From IMG/VR virus record IMGVR_UViG_3300030060_006228, positions 3,076 through 67,075 of that record: 64,000 bases of DNA. The stretch is one strand, 5' to 3'. The stretch is from a virus. Under the pieces are notes generated by a model. It made no database searches, was not told the DNA's origin, and saw nothing but the letters and a program-made list of their open reading frames with translations. The position numbers and the translations under genes were made by a program. Below are positions 48,501-60,102 of this stretch, in pieces; the first letter of the stretch is position 1, and the number at the start of each line of letters is the position of its first letter.

Positions 48501-49618
48501 GCGCCCGAGATAACAACGCACCAATCGGTTCTCCTCAGTGGGCTCCTTCTACCGCTCCAAGTGTTTGGAACCCATCACCATTCGCTCCATTCTTAGGTCC
48601 ACCTCGCAATGCACCCCATCCAAATCAACCTCCGGGTATTCCAGGTCCGGGAGATTGTATTTGCGAACCTAACGGAAACGGAATAGGTAAGATGTGTTGT
48701 GTTAACTCTTGCGGTAACTGTATAAATACACCTTCTCCACTATATGGCGATCCCGGTGGTGGTGGTGGTGGTGGTAGTCTGCCGGGACCATGTTACAATC
48801 TAATCAGTTCGGCTTTTTGTACCGGCGGAGGTCTTGATAGTAAAGTAGTAATCTCTACTAGACCACAGAAATGTATGAAATTTTCACCGAGTTCTAATAG
48901 ATGTTTTTGTAACGCTTGTGGATGTAACCCAGACGGATCTGAAACTTGTAAAAATGGGGATGAAGAATGCGAAACTCAATACTGTTTCACTACTGGATCA
49001 GGATCACCGGCCGGTTCCGGACCGGGGGGACCATGTTTTGATCCCTCGGGTGGAGATGGTGTAGGTAAAGGTGGTAATCCCGGAGTGTTCGGGGAAAGAG
49101 GTCCATGCTGTCCTCCCCTCGCATATCCAGATGATGATTGGTGTACGGGTGTAATCTCCATCGATCTTGGTTCTTGTGCCCCATATGAGTGTCCTCCTTA
49201 CCCCAGTCCGACGGCGGCTCAACAAGCACAGCAGGATCGGAAAGATTGTGAATTAGTGTATCAACCCCCTCCACCCGGTCCAGGTCCCGGAGGTCCTACA
49301 CCAGGTCCGGGACCAGGCTTCGGTGGAGGTGGTTTCCCCATGGTCCCCCTGACTGGACCTGGTTCCGATGGAGGCGATCAATTCTTCTTTAGTCCGGACT
49401 ATGCACTCGGTTCTGCTGAATTTAATACAACTTTTGAGTTATCAGATCCCATGAGCAGAAATATTAGCACTGAAGATAAGATAGATAATTCTACAGTGTC
49501 GGAAGTAAAATGTGTAAGAATTCCTACGGGTAAAAATACCTATGAAAACACATTTGTTCAATGCACAGGAACAGACGATGATCCATGTGTTAAGTATGAC
49601 GCATGTGACGGAGATTAA
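45578..49618 (+). CDS. Cys/Pro-rich fibre paralog
   Basis: GPTG repeat, GxCC units, long Pro-rich tracts; no DUF1566 motif seen. Confidence 0.7.
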   Translation: MMVIRGSSTIRPPGSIAGLSGPTGPTGPAGPLGNTGATGPTGATGATGRHIFDAISDYVIDNKEYLRIVMSDGTFYDIPNADIRGSTGSDGIVDGVTVGTGDNNFFKTINGPSFVFRGLSAYGSIQIVLSDDGKTIGISSDTEPLGISFQGGDGFYNESDKAGSVFLKSGNLSRSQDDNVALVYEDFDSSFELGSTTTIGMQGVGATGHYNTDTPVTFIRSIEPGETVGITGSYLPADVIAPEGGIFLDTRYSPLFEIQTPIGITGFTGDWQDNEEFTFTATFIGNDIWSFPNNVYFDPAQSFLACGSNIVTFKTRDAGTSWFASVLARGYDAERCLGTTDTGSCCYVSSDGIPGCIDYSTQSQCDELNGFFAPLETCEANCGLEGGVCCSEGVCIEDVSVQECAYFGGSYYNLFYYGPNNTGNPEIDSTTVIPLDEPLPIECLGTLPDGSGANGQLCVDSCTEVHSCCRDGKCIGDSQGSTELGAISKAVCKYVYGGTPVDGAICGGVDCCDHIVYRGACCEDNADGFCEDNVTHSTCVGTGRTFMGNGTSCSTTKCCEKPGRCCVTVSVNPDDCQGNSTASRCQALTFSECGSVGGVWLGYGECSGEEDFNCDSVECQEGTPGACCKCIGGPAGSCACAICVNSTSTGCSAVNGSFKADIPCDNYGCPSQVCASECCTCCNPPPFTPPTSPAPAPSPAPAPAPAPAPAPAPSPAPAPAPAPSPGPESPNSPGPGPGPGPGPGPGPGPSPSSPPSPSSPSSPSSPSSPSPSPGPQPPAPPPECNTCSCCAEWEPQIFNSPGAGPAYDAPNYSPSNSAIDNCFGSGAPNYSTNPPWIGPDGSGCDTPSPSDWFPPPSVAPMPPQYHMTRTCSSCAADISRESCEGTTTIPTAGCKCSPPDPPAAPDDVVVSQSCKFSCESCGGTNYSPFMGPLGVDPPPMNPGEGAPGGPPDGYPPSSSGPGTINPAGCYVPCNCARDNNAPIGSPQWAPSTAPSVWNPSPFAPFLGPPRNAPHPNQPPGIPGPGDCICEPNGNGIGKMCCVNSCGNCINTPSPLYGDPGGGGGGGSLPGPCYNLISSAFCTGGGLDSKVVISTRPQKCMKFSPSSNRCFCNACGCNPDGSETCKNGDEECETQYCFTTGSGSPAGSGPGGPCFDPSGGDGVGKGGNPGVFGERGPCCPPLAYPDDDWCTGVISIDLGSCAPYECPPYPSPTAAQQAQQDRKDCELVYQPPPPGPGPGGPTPGPGPGFGGGGFPMVPLTGPGSDGGDQFFFSPDYALGSAEFNTTFELSDPMSRNISTEDKIDNSTVSEVKCVRIPTGKNTYENTFVQCTGTDDDPCVKYDACDGD
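47628..47923 (+). repeat. Coding tandem repeats giving (PA)n, (PG)n and (PSS)n
   Basis: Repeated cctgca/cctgct, cccggt and tcacc units. Confidence 0.9.
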
Positions 49619-49621
49619 TTT

Positions 49622-51175
49622 ATGTTTAGATCCACTATTGAATACACTGACAGACTAGCGTCCTCTGGTTGCTGCTGTGTTCCTGGCGATGATGCGTTCA
49701 AAACAACATATACAAACTGCGTTTCTTTGGGTGGTTATTTTTCACCGGCAGATGACGATGATGATTGTTCGGGTTTCGTATGTCCTGATAATGATACGAA
49801 AGGATGCTGTTGTTCGTGTTCTGCTTTAACCGCAGAACAAAGAATTGAGTGGTTAGAGGATCAAAATCAACCAAATTTTGGGCCGGTAGATGGTATCTCT
49901 CCATGTGAATGCACCCGTCTGGGTGGAAATTGGACTCCGGATGATTGTTCTGCACTCGGCGGCTCTCCATTTGGTGAACAGACACTTTGTTTCGCCCTCG
50001 GTGGTGTCGCCCCGGGCGATCCAGAAGACGTTCGATGGCCTAATGCGTGTTGTGTATACCAAGATGATGGTAGTGTTACATGCGAAAATACATGTTCACC
50101 AGAAGAATGCTCTCTAGCCGGACAACTTTCAATATACTACGACGATGGAACAGTCTGCGGATATGTTGGTCCTGATGGTCAAGCACCCAGATACTGTGAG
50201 TCTGATTCTTTTGCTCGTCTTGGTGGAACTGAAGAAGAAACTGAAAGAAGATCTGGATCATTAAGAGATCAGATTGCTGAATCCCAATCAGCATGTGTAT
50301 TCATAAATAACGTCACTGGGAAAACAGAATGTACTAGAGTAAACAAATCACAGTGTGATTCTTTAGGTGGATTCTTTTCTGGTTCTGATCAGGACATGAA
50401 TCCAATACAGTGTGGAGAGTTTCCTTCCAATATAAAAACAAAAAAATTAAACATATCAAAAATAACCGAAGAACAAGCAAATAGCATTCCTATCGGTGGT
50501 GACTTTTATGGACTGGGTATTTATTGTGGCATATATGAACCAGGCGTATCAGTTATTCAAGGAACAGATACCAATACAGGGATAACATCATCTTTAACAT
50601 CTCCCGCAACAACAAATATTCCATCTGAAAGTAATAAGCATAAGAATGCTATTATAATTTCATACCGTGATTTTGGTTGGGGTAATTTTGGAGAGTCGAA
50701 AAATAGAACAGTAACATCATCATGGTCGGGAAAACATAACATCTATTCTTCAACCGGACTTAAAGGTGAACTTGCAAACGCTGTTAAAGACTTTCAAATA
50801 AATGGAATAGGTGGATGGACAGTTCCTTCAATTGAAGAATGTGGATTCATTCAAGAATCTTTAATGTCGGATCCAGAAACTTATTTGACGTTAACAATGG
50901 AATACATGAGAGGTAAACTGCTAACAAGTACAATAAATGATTTTAATGTCCCTTCTTTTTATACCACACTATCATCTACCATTATAAATATTGGTGGAGT
51001 TTATTATAGTAAAGGATATGCCTTTGTTCAGAGTGGTGAATATGATTCGGATAAAAAACCCAACGGTTATAGGGCCCTTGACGTTTACCCATTCGATCAG
51101 CCTAATATAATACTTGGTGGTTTAAATCAACCTATGTCAGTAAGGTTAATTAAAACAATTAAAGTTGTTAATTAA
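49622..51175 (+). CDS. Cys-rich protein with degenerate DUF1566-like C-terminus
   Basis: GCCC units; INGIGGWTVPSIEE...SST...VRLIK. Confidence 0.65.
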   Translation: MFRSTIEYTDRLASSGCCCVPGDDAFKTTYTNCVSLGGYFSPADDDDDCSGFVCPDNDTKGCCCSCSALTAEQRIEWLEDQNQPNFGPVDGISPCECTRLGGNWTPDDCSALGGSPFGEQTLCFALGGVAPGDPEDVRWPNACCVYQDDGSVTCENTCSPEECSLAGQLSIYYDDGTVCGYVGPDGQAPRYCESDSFARLGGTEEETERRSGSLRDQIAESQSACVFINNVTGKTECTRVNKSQCDSLGGFFSGSDQDMNPIQCGEFPSNIKTKKLNISKITEEQANSIPIGGDFYGLGIYCGIYEPGVSVIQGTDTNTGITSSLTSPATTNIPSESNKHKNAIIISYRDFGWGNFGESKNRTVTSSWSGKHNIYSSTGLKGELANAVKDFQINGIGGWTVPSIEECGFIQESLMSDPETYLTLTMEYMRGKLLTSTINDFNVPSFYTTLSSTIINIGGVYYSKGYAFVQSGEYDSDKKPNGYRALDVYPFDQPNIILGGLNQPMSVRLIKTIKVVN

Positions 51176-51192
51176 GAAGTGGAGATAGTATT

Positions 51193-51708
51193 ATGACAGA
51201 ATTCAGAAAAGAAAAAGAAGCGGAATCCACAAAGGGAATCTCTAAGAAAATAGGAATGGTTCAAAGTTTTGCCATGGCTTTAGCGTCTAGAGGATTAAAT
51301 AGCAAAAAGATAAACACGGCAACAAAGCAACTTCGAGTTCTTAGTTGTTTTGGAAACAAAGATTCTGGTGGAATTCTTCCTCCGTGCGATCACCTACGAA
51401 ATAGCGAAACTGAAGGTAAACACTTTTGCGGAGCGTGTGGTTGTGGGGACAGAGAACAAACTTGGTTAATTTCTGAAAGTGACAAGTACAGTAAACTAGA
51501 TTACCCCAAAGTGGCATGTCCTTTGCATATGCCTGGATTTACAAATTACACAACAAGTCAACCAGATGAATCTGAATCTCCAATTACTAGAAAGTATTAT
51601 ATTGAACAAATTGACTATTCTATTCTAGAAAAGGTAAAGGTTGTTGTGTCAGAAGCACCCCCAGAGCCTCCGAAAGAAGAAGCGTCTGAAGAAGAACAAC
51701 CAAAGTAG
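51193..51708 (+). CDS. Hypothetical Cys-containing protein
   Basis: CGACGC and CP motifs; GGAG RBS. Confidence 0.65.
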   Translation: MTEFRKEKEAESTKGISKKIGMVQSFAMALASRGLNSKKINTATKQLRVLSCFGNKDSGGILPPCDHLRNSETEGKHFCGACGCGDREQTWLISESDKYSKLDYPKVACPLHMPGFTNYTTSQPDESESPITRKYYIEQIDYSILEKVKVVVSEAPPEPPKEEASEEEQPK

Positions 51709-51730
51709 AAGCCTATTTTAGCACTAAGAT

Positions 51731-51768
51731 CTCCCCTGTGTTTATACATACTATAAACTACAGGGGAG
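51731..51768 (+). promoter_or_regulatory. RBS-occluding hairpin containing a late-promoter variant, upstream of gp13
   Basis: CTCCCCTGT-GTTTATA / TATAAAC-T-ACAGGGGAG inverted repeat; TATACATA at 51743. Confidence 0.7.
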
Positions 51769-51774
51769 TTTCTT

Positions 51775-52584
51775 ATGGCTAACAAACTACAATCTAGAGA
51801 TGATATAATCGATTATGCTCTGAGGAAATTAGGTAGTCCTGTAACAGAGATCAATGTCGATAGACAACAATGTGAAGACAGACTAGATGATGCACTTGAG
51901 TTATTCAGAGAAAGACACTTCGATGGTGCTGAAAAGGCATTCTTTTCTCATAAGATAACAAGTGATGATATATCGAACGGGTATGTTGATACAGATGCTC
52001 TTGGAGCAATCAACGGACCGTCGGGAGATGCTCCAACAGGAAAAGACATTCTCTCCGTTGTTAGTGTTTTCCAGTTCGGTGATTTTGCAAACATAAATAT
52101 GTTTGATGTCCGTTATCAAATGGCACTCACCGATTACTTTGGAATTAATCGTGGACTTGGTTCCAATGCAAGTTTGGGACTTGCTTCATATGATAGTACT
52201 AAAAGACATATAGGACTGATTCAAGATTTCTTTCAGCCACAAAAAAGAATAAGATTCAATAAAGTAACAAACAGATTACATCTTGACATGGACTGGGATC
52301 AGGAAGTTACCACATCACAGTATTTGGTAATAGAAGCATATGTGGCATTGAACCCAGATGTGTTCACTCAAATTTTTGATGATCGTTTATTAAAAGAATA
52401 TATAACAGCATTAATAAAACAACAGTGGGGACAGAATCTTTCTAAGTTCGATGGAGTTCAACTTCCGGGTGGTGTATCTCTTAGGGGTAGTGATATAATG
52501 AATGAAGCCAGAGAAGAGATTCAACGTATAGAAGAAAAATTCCAATTAGAATATGAAGAACCAATAGACTTCATGACAGGATAA
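51775..52584 (+). CDS. 13: Neck protein gp13
   Basis: LRKLG.PV.EINVD..Q..DR.DDAL, QWG.NLSKF.G.QLPGG. Confidence 0.95.
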   Translation: MANKLQSRDDIIDYALRKLGSPVTEINVDRQQCEDRLDDALELFRERHFDGAEKAFFSHKITSDDISNGYVDTDALGAINGPSGDAPTGKDILSVVSVFQFGDFANINMFDVRYQMALTDYFGINRGLGSNASLGLASYDSTKRHIGLIQDFFQPQKRIRFNKVTNRLHLDMDWDQEVTTSQYLVIEAYVALNPDVFTQIFDDRLLKEYITALIKQQWGQNLSKFDGVQLPGGVSLRGSDIMNEAREEIQRIEEKFQLEYEEPIDFMTG

Positions 52585-52587
52585 TTC

Positions 52588-53256
52588 ATGGCTAGAAATC
52601 CACACTTTCGAGAAAATGTTTCTAGTGAACAGAAACTCATAGAAGACCTTTCCGTTGAAATAATAAAAACAATGGGAAAGGATATGATCTATATTCCTAG
52701 AACACTGGTTAGAAAAGATGATTTATTTGGTGAAGATACCACCTCTAAATTTTCTAATGGCTATCCTATCGAAATGTATATTCAATCAGTAGATGGGTTT
52801 GAGGGTGAAGGAGACATACTCGGTAAGTTCGGTATAGAAATTAAAGATCGAGTGAGTCTAGTTGTTGCAAAGAGAAGATTCAACGAATCCGTAGGATCAT
52901 ATGCTAGTTTAGAAAGACCGAAAGAGGGAGACTTAATATATTTTCCCCTGAGTGACGGTTTATTCGAAATCAATTTTGTCGAACACGAAAATCCATTTTA
53001 TCAACTAGGTAAGTTATATGGATACAGATTAGATTGTGAGTTGTTCACATATAGTCATGAAGACTTTGAAACTGGAGACAGTGAAATAGATGACACTGAA
53101 ACTGAAAGACAGAAGGACATCGGAGAATATATTGTTCCACTCGATCCGTCTACGGGTGCTACAGCAGGAGATAATGATTCATACGAAGACTTTAAGAATG
53201 TAGACAACATATTCGACTTTACTGATAAAGATCCATTCTCGGAGGGTAATTACTGA
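52588..53256 (+). CDS. 14: Neck protein gp14
   Basis: YIPR, RPKEGDLIYFP, VEHENPFYQLGK. Confidence 0.95.
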   Translation: MARNPHFRENVSSEQKLIEDLSVEIIKTMGKDMIYIPRTLVRKDDLFGEDTTSKFSNGYPIEMYIQSVDGFEGEGDILGKFGIEIKDRVSLVVAKRRFNESVGSYASLERPKEGDLIYFPLSDGLFEINFVEHENPFYQLGKLYGYRLDCELFTYSHEDFETGDSEIDDTETERQKDIGEYIVPLDPSTGATAGDNDSYEDFKNVDNIFDFTDKDPFSEGNY

Positions 53257-54009
53257 TGTTCACACCATTCTATAACGAATCCCTTCGAAAACTAGTCATT
53301 GCATTTGGATCCTTATTTAACGACCTTAGAGTCACGCGAGATGATTCAAAGGTAATACGAGTTCCTTTAGCATATGGTGCTAAGGAAAAATTCATACGAA
53401 GAATAGAAGAAGCCAGTTCGATCTCAGACAATACCGATGTTTCTATCACACTACCACGATTAGGATTTGATATTACTGCTATGTCATATGATCCTCAGAG
53501 GAAGGGAAACAAACTCAGAAAAAGAACCATGAGAGATTCTGAGACTGGGTTGTCATATTCATATGCAGAGGTTCCCTACAATGTATCATTTGGTTTGTAT
53601 GCATTCAGTAGATCTATGGATGATAATCTGCAAATGATAGAACAAATACTGCCATACTTTACACCAGAGTTCAATGTAACTATAAACATGAACTCATTAA
53701 ATGAAAAAGTAGATGTTCCTATTATTATGAACAGTGTACAAACCACTGAAGATTATGAAGGAGACTTTTCGGGGAGAAGAACTATTGTCACTTCTTTTGA
53801 TCTTACTGCAAAATCCTATATCTATAATAGGATAAAGACTGGTAAAGTTATTCTCCAATCCACAATTGATATATTTGGTAGTCATGAAAAGTTTTATGCA
53901 GACACAGATTCAGAACAAGATATTAGAATTACAGCGACAGGTGCCTATGTGGGTGCTACCGGGACGCAGGGATATACAGCAGGTAATCGTATTTATGGAC
54001 CTATAAGTT

Positions 54010-54017
<8 letters not shown>
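53256..54017 (+). CDS. 15: Tail terminator gp15
   Basis: FG.LFN, VPLAYG.KEKF, EQILPYF.P. Confidence 0.95.
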
Positions 54018-56188
<2,171 letters not shown>

Positions 56189-56307
56189 TACGCATACAAC
56201 TAAAAAAGAGAATTCTATACATATACTGAGACAAAAGGCTCAAAATAACAATTATTTTAGTGCTAATGTGCTAATCAGATGCATCTGAACTCAAGGAGAA
56301 GACAAAA

Positions 56308-57630
56308 ATGGCCAGACCAAATGTCACAGTAATAATAGACGATCAAAGTTTTGTAATCGCAGGTACTGAAGCGGGATCAGTAACCAGAGGCGGTTTAGTA
56401 AGCGCCCACGGTCTTGTCCAGGCGGTAGGATTTACCGGAGAACGCAAAACTGGTTTGATGACAATCGGTAGTATTTCAGACTGGGTAAATAGACTTAAGG
56501 TTAACGAACCAACTGGTGTTCAAGGCGAGGCTGATGGGTTTTCTGGTGTAGTTACTCCCGGAGGAACTGCACAGAGATGGCCTGCTGGACCTACCGGAGC
56601 ATGGGCAGGTGAGTGGTGGGCAGTCCACAACTTCCTCCAGTACGGTGGAGTAGCAGTTGTTGGTGGATCTGGTGATGCCACTGCGGTATCATCTTCGACT
56701 CCAACATCTACAAACTCTCCTCTACACAGCACAGACATTCCTTTAGATGTTGTCTTCTGTGGTAATACCTACAATAGCGGTGTCGCTTCTAACTCCGCAG
56801 CCACCCGAGGTGGACTTGAATTCTTCGGAACCCCGTCCGCACTTCAGGTTAACACTGCAATTAATATCGCAACCACAAGAGGCGATTGTATTGCATTCGT
56901 TCCAATGGGTGTTACGAAAGCAGATAAAGCAACTGCTGCAACGATTTCTACTTGGGACAACGGAGCAATCACTCCACCCGCATCCGAGTTCGTAAGTGTT
57001 GTCTTCGGTAACAAAAAGCACCTTGGTGTTAGTAGAGACACTACAGAAGGTACTGAGGGACTAGTAACCACAAACTGTTCAGCAGATGCTGCCGGTTGTG
57101 CTGCTAGAACAGACAGAGACGCCGCTCCTTGGTTCTCTCCTGCTGGTACACGAAGAGGACAGATCCTTGACGTTGTTCGAATGCAGGATACACCAACCGA
57201 TGCAGAGATGGATGTCATGTATGACAATGGTATTAATCCAATCATGTCTTTCCCCGGCGAAGGAACCATGTTGTTCGGAGACAAGACAAAGAAAGTAGGA
57301 ACGAGTACACTCAGTCGAATTAATGTTTCTCGACTGTTCATTTTCCTTAAGAAAACGGTTGGTGCTGCTGCAAGATCCAAACTCTTTGAGTTCAATGACG
57401 AAGACACAAGAGCGTCGTTCGTCAACGCAGTAACCCCTCTAATGGAAAATATTCGTGCAAGAAGAGGTATATTTGACTTCCGAGTTGTTTGTGACGAATC
57501 AAACAACAACGCTGCTGTTATTGATTCAAACCAATTCGTTGCTGATGTATTCATCAAACCAAGCAAGTCGATTAACTTCATCAAACTTACCTTTACTAAC
57601 AAGAACACGGGGGATGACCTGGGAAACTAA
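56308..57630 (+). CDS. 18: Tail sheath gp18 (compact form)
   Basis: PWFSPAG..RG, RINV.RLF, FEFND..TR, VVCDESNN, KPSKSINFI. Confidence 0.95.
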   Translation: MARPNVTVIIDDQSFVIAGTEAGSVTRGGLVSAHGLVQAVGFTGERKTGLMTIGSISDWVNRLKVNEPTGVQGEADGFSGVVTPGGTAQRWPAGPTGAWAGEWWAVHNFLQYGGVAVVGGSGDATAVSSSTPTSTNSPLHSTDIPLDVVFCGNTYNSGVASNSAATRGGLEFFGTPSALQVNTAINIATTRGDCIAFVPMGVTKADKATAATISTWDNGAITPPASEFVSVVFGNKKHLGVSRDTTEGTEGLVTTNCSADAAGCAARTDRDAAPWFSPAGTRRGQILDVVRMQDTPTDAEMDVMYDNGINPIMSFPGEGTMLFGDKTKKVGTSTLSRINVSRLFIFLKKTVGAAARSKLFEFNDEDTRASFVNAVTPLMENIRARRGIFDFRVVCDESNNNAAVIDSNQFVADVFIKPSKSINFIKLTFTNKNTGDDLGN

Positions 57631-57744
57631 GTAGTGGAGGAGGGGCAACAACGCCTGGAGGAACTCAATTGAATTTCTTTACACAAGGTCCTAACTTCAC
57701 ACCACCAAATACTAGTACACCATAGTCCTTAAGGAGAAAAAAAC

Positions 57745-58314
57745 ATGGCAGACATGAATATTAATAAATTCAAGGCAGCACTCGACGGAAAGATGCGTCC
57801 GAATAGATACCTCGTTTCGGGTGAAGTCCCCGGATTCGGTCCTATCGATCCCGTTTTAGTCAAAGCCGCTCAGTATCCAGCAGCAAGTATTGGTATTATT
57901 CAGTTACCATATAGAGGAAGAATTGCAAAGATGCCTGGAGATAGAGCGTATCCAGAATGGACATTCAGTGTCTATGATACTAAACCAACAGAGAACAACG
58001 CGACTGGTGATCTGCGGCAGGCGTTTGAAACATGGAATAAAAGATTCAACGATCACACAACAAACTTAGCAGAGATATCAAACTTTGGTGGTGGTGCTGG
58101 TGATGGTGATGCGGATGCTAATTTCCCAGACTGGACTGTTACTCTACTAGACACCCAAGGGGTAGAAGTAAGAACTATCAGACTCAAGAGTTGTTGGCCT
58201 GTAGAAGTTGGTGCGATTGATCTTACCTACGATGCAGCAGACACTCTTACCGAGTACACTGTTACTCTTGCGTTCGATTACCTTGAAGTTGGTGCAACTA
58301 GAGGTTCTGCTTAA
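57745..58314 (+). CDS. 19: Tail tube gp19
   Basis: RPN, YRGR...PGDR.Y.EW, WP..VGAIDL.YD. Confidence 0.93.
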   Translation: MADMNINKFKAALDGKMRPNRYLVSGEVPGFGPIDPVLVKAAQYPAASIGIIQLPYRGRIAKMPGDRAYPEWTFSVYDTKPTENNATGDLRQAFETWNKRFNDHTTNLAEISNFGGGAGDGDADANFPDWTVTLLDTQGVEVRTIRLKSCWPVEVGAIDLTYDAADTLTEYTVTLAFDYLEVGATRGSA

Positions 58315-58331
58315 TAGTTCATAAAAAGTGA

Positions 58332-58339
58332 TATAAATA
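58332..58339 (+). promoter_or_regulatory. T4-type late promoter
   Basis: TATAAATA upstream of gp20. Confidence 0.8.
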
Positions 58340-58369
58340 CTAGTAGTAGTATTTCACGAAAGGATTATT

Positions 58370-59878
58370 ATGCCCATTGAACTATTTGGATTTACGATTG
58401 GGAAACGAAAAGAGGAAGAGTTAGAACCAAAAACTCAAAGGTCTTTCGTTGCGCCTGATGAATATGATGGTACTACAACCATCGACGCCGGTGGAGTCTT
58501 CGGAACATTCGTAGACTTCGCTGGTCATATTAGAGATGAAAATCAACTCATTAATCAATACAGAGGTATGTCCTTGTTCCCAGAAGTGGATCAGGCTATC
58601 TCTGATATTGTTAGTGATTCTATTGTTCACACAGGAACTGGTAAACTTCCGGTATCAATTAACACAGACGCTTTAAATATACCAGAATCGATTAAAGGTA
58701 AAATCAATTTAGAATTTAATGAGTTGATGAGACTGTTGGAGTTCAATAAAAAGGGAACTGATATTTTTAGGCGATGGTATATTGATAGTAAATTATACTA
58801 TCATATAGTCATTGACGAAAAGAATCCCACTAAGGGAATACAGGAACTTCGTGCAATTGATCCGTCTAAGATCAAAAAACTAAGAAAAATTGAAAGAGAT
58901 ATGGAAAAGGTTGGTATAAATCAACTACCAACTATTAAAAAGGTAGAGGAATTTTATCTTTATACAAATCAAGATAAAGACTCTAAGTACTACACTCCAT
59001 CTGCTGGTATCAAGATAGCACCTGATTCGATTTGCTATGTACACTCAGGTATGGTGGATACGGGAACTAAACGTGTAGTTGGATATTTGCAGAAAGCAAT
59101 TCGACCTGTAAACATGCTTCGACAGATAGAAGATGCTGTAGTAATCTATAGAATCTCCCGTGCCCCAGAAAGAAGAATCTTCTATATTGACGTTGGTAAC
59201 TTACCTAAACAAAAAGCAGAACAATACATCAAAACTTTGATGAATCGGTATAGAAACAAACTAACATATGATGCCACTAGTGGTGAAGTAAGAGATGACA
59301 GAAAGCATCTGCATATGCTTGAAGATTACTGGCTTCCCCGAAGAGAAGGTGGTAGAGGCACAGAGATTTCTACTTTAGATGGTGGACAGAACTTAGGAGA
59401 AATGGAAGATGTAAATTATCTTCTAAAGAAAGTGTATCACGCACTGAATGTCCCTTCTTCTAGAATGGAAACTGAAAATGGTTTTAACATGGGAAGATCT
59501 ACAGAGATCACCCGAGATGAAGTAAAATTTAGTAAATTTGTTGAACGACTCCGAAATAAATTTGCAGAGTTGTTTATGAATCTTCTTCGTGTCCAGTTAG
59601 TCTTGAAGGGTGTGATGACGGAGGATGATTGGAATAGGATTTCTTCATTCATAACTTTTGATTATGAAACTGATTCTTATTTTACGGAACTCAAGCAAAC
59701 GGAAATTCTTAGAGAAAGACTAGAGATTCTTCAGTCTTTGGATGAATATATTGGAAAGTACTACTCACATGATTGGGTAAGAAGAAATATTCTTAAACAA
59801 ACAGATGATGAAATAAAAATGATCGACGATCAAATACGTCAGGAACAACCAGAAGAGGGTGAAGGAGAAGAACTATGA
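58370..59878 (+). CDS. 20: Portal protein gp20
   Basis: YRISRAPERRIFYIDVGNLPK, EDYWLPRREGGRGTEI. Confidence 0.98.
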   Translation: MPIELFGFTIGKRKEEELEPKTQRSFVAPDEYDGTTTIDAGGVFGTFVDFAGHIRDENQLINQYRGMSLFPEVDQAISDIVSDSIVHTGTGKLPVSINTDALNIPESIKGKINLEFNELMRLLEFNKKGTDIFRRWYIDSKLYYHIVIDEKNPTKGIQELRAIDPSKIKKLRKIERDMEKVGINQLPTIKKVEEFYLYTNQDKDSKYYTPSAGIKIAPDSICYVHSGMVDTGTKRVVGYLQKAIRPVNMLRQIEDAVVIYRISRAPERRIFYIDVGNLPKQKAEQYIKTLMNRYRNKLTYDATSGEVRDDRKHLHMLEDYWLPRREGGRGTEISTLDGGQNLGEMEDVNYLLKKVYHALNVPSSRMETENGFNMGRSTEITRDEVKFSKFVERLRNKFAELFMNLLRVQLVLKGVMTEDDWNRISSFITFDYETDSYFTELKQTEILRERLEILQSLDEYIGKYYSHDWVRRNILKQTDDEIKMIDDQIRQEQPEEGEGEEL

Positions 59879-60081
59879 GCATGGAAAAAATGATGACATC
59901 GTTAATCAACAACGATCAAGAACAATTTAATTCGGCGTTTGATGCTGAAGTAAAAACTAGAATTTCAAGTAAAATGCCTGATTTTGCATATAACATTACA
60001 TCAGGATTAGTTTCGAGCGAAAAAGGCACACCAGAACCAGAGCCTGAAAGTATTGATACTATAAATACTACAGAACAATAA
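59875..60081 (+). CDS. Prohead core protein (gp67-like)
   Basis: Position after the portal; short helical protein. Confidence 0.55.
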   Translation: MSMEKMMTSLINNDQEQFNSAFDAEVKTRISSKMPDFAYNITSGLVSSEKGTPEPEPESIDTINTTEQ

Positions 60082-60102
60082 ATTAGAAAAGGAATATCTC
60101 CA

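Noticed and set aside
37756-51175. Diversity-generating retroelement
   Set aside because: Target-like domains are present, but no reverse transcriptase or TR/VR near-duplicate was seen in the window
56844-57608. 254-aa minus-strand ORF
   Set aside because: Antisense shadow of gp18 with no recognisable motif
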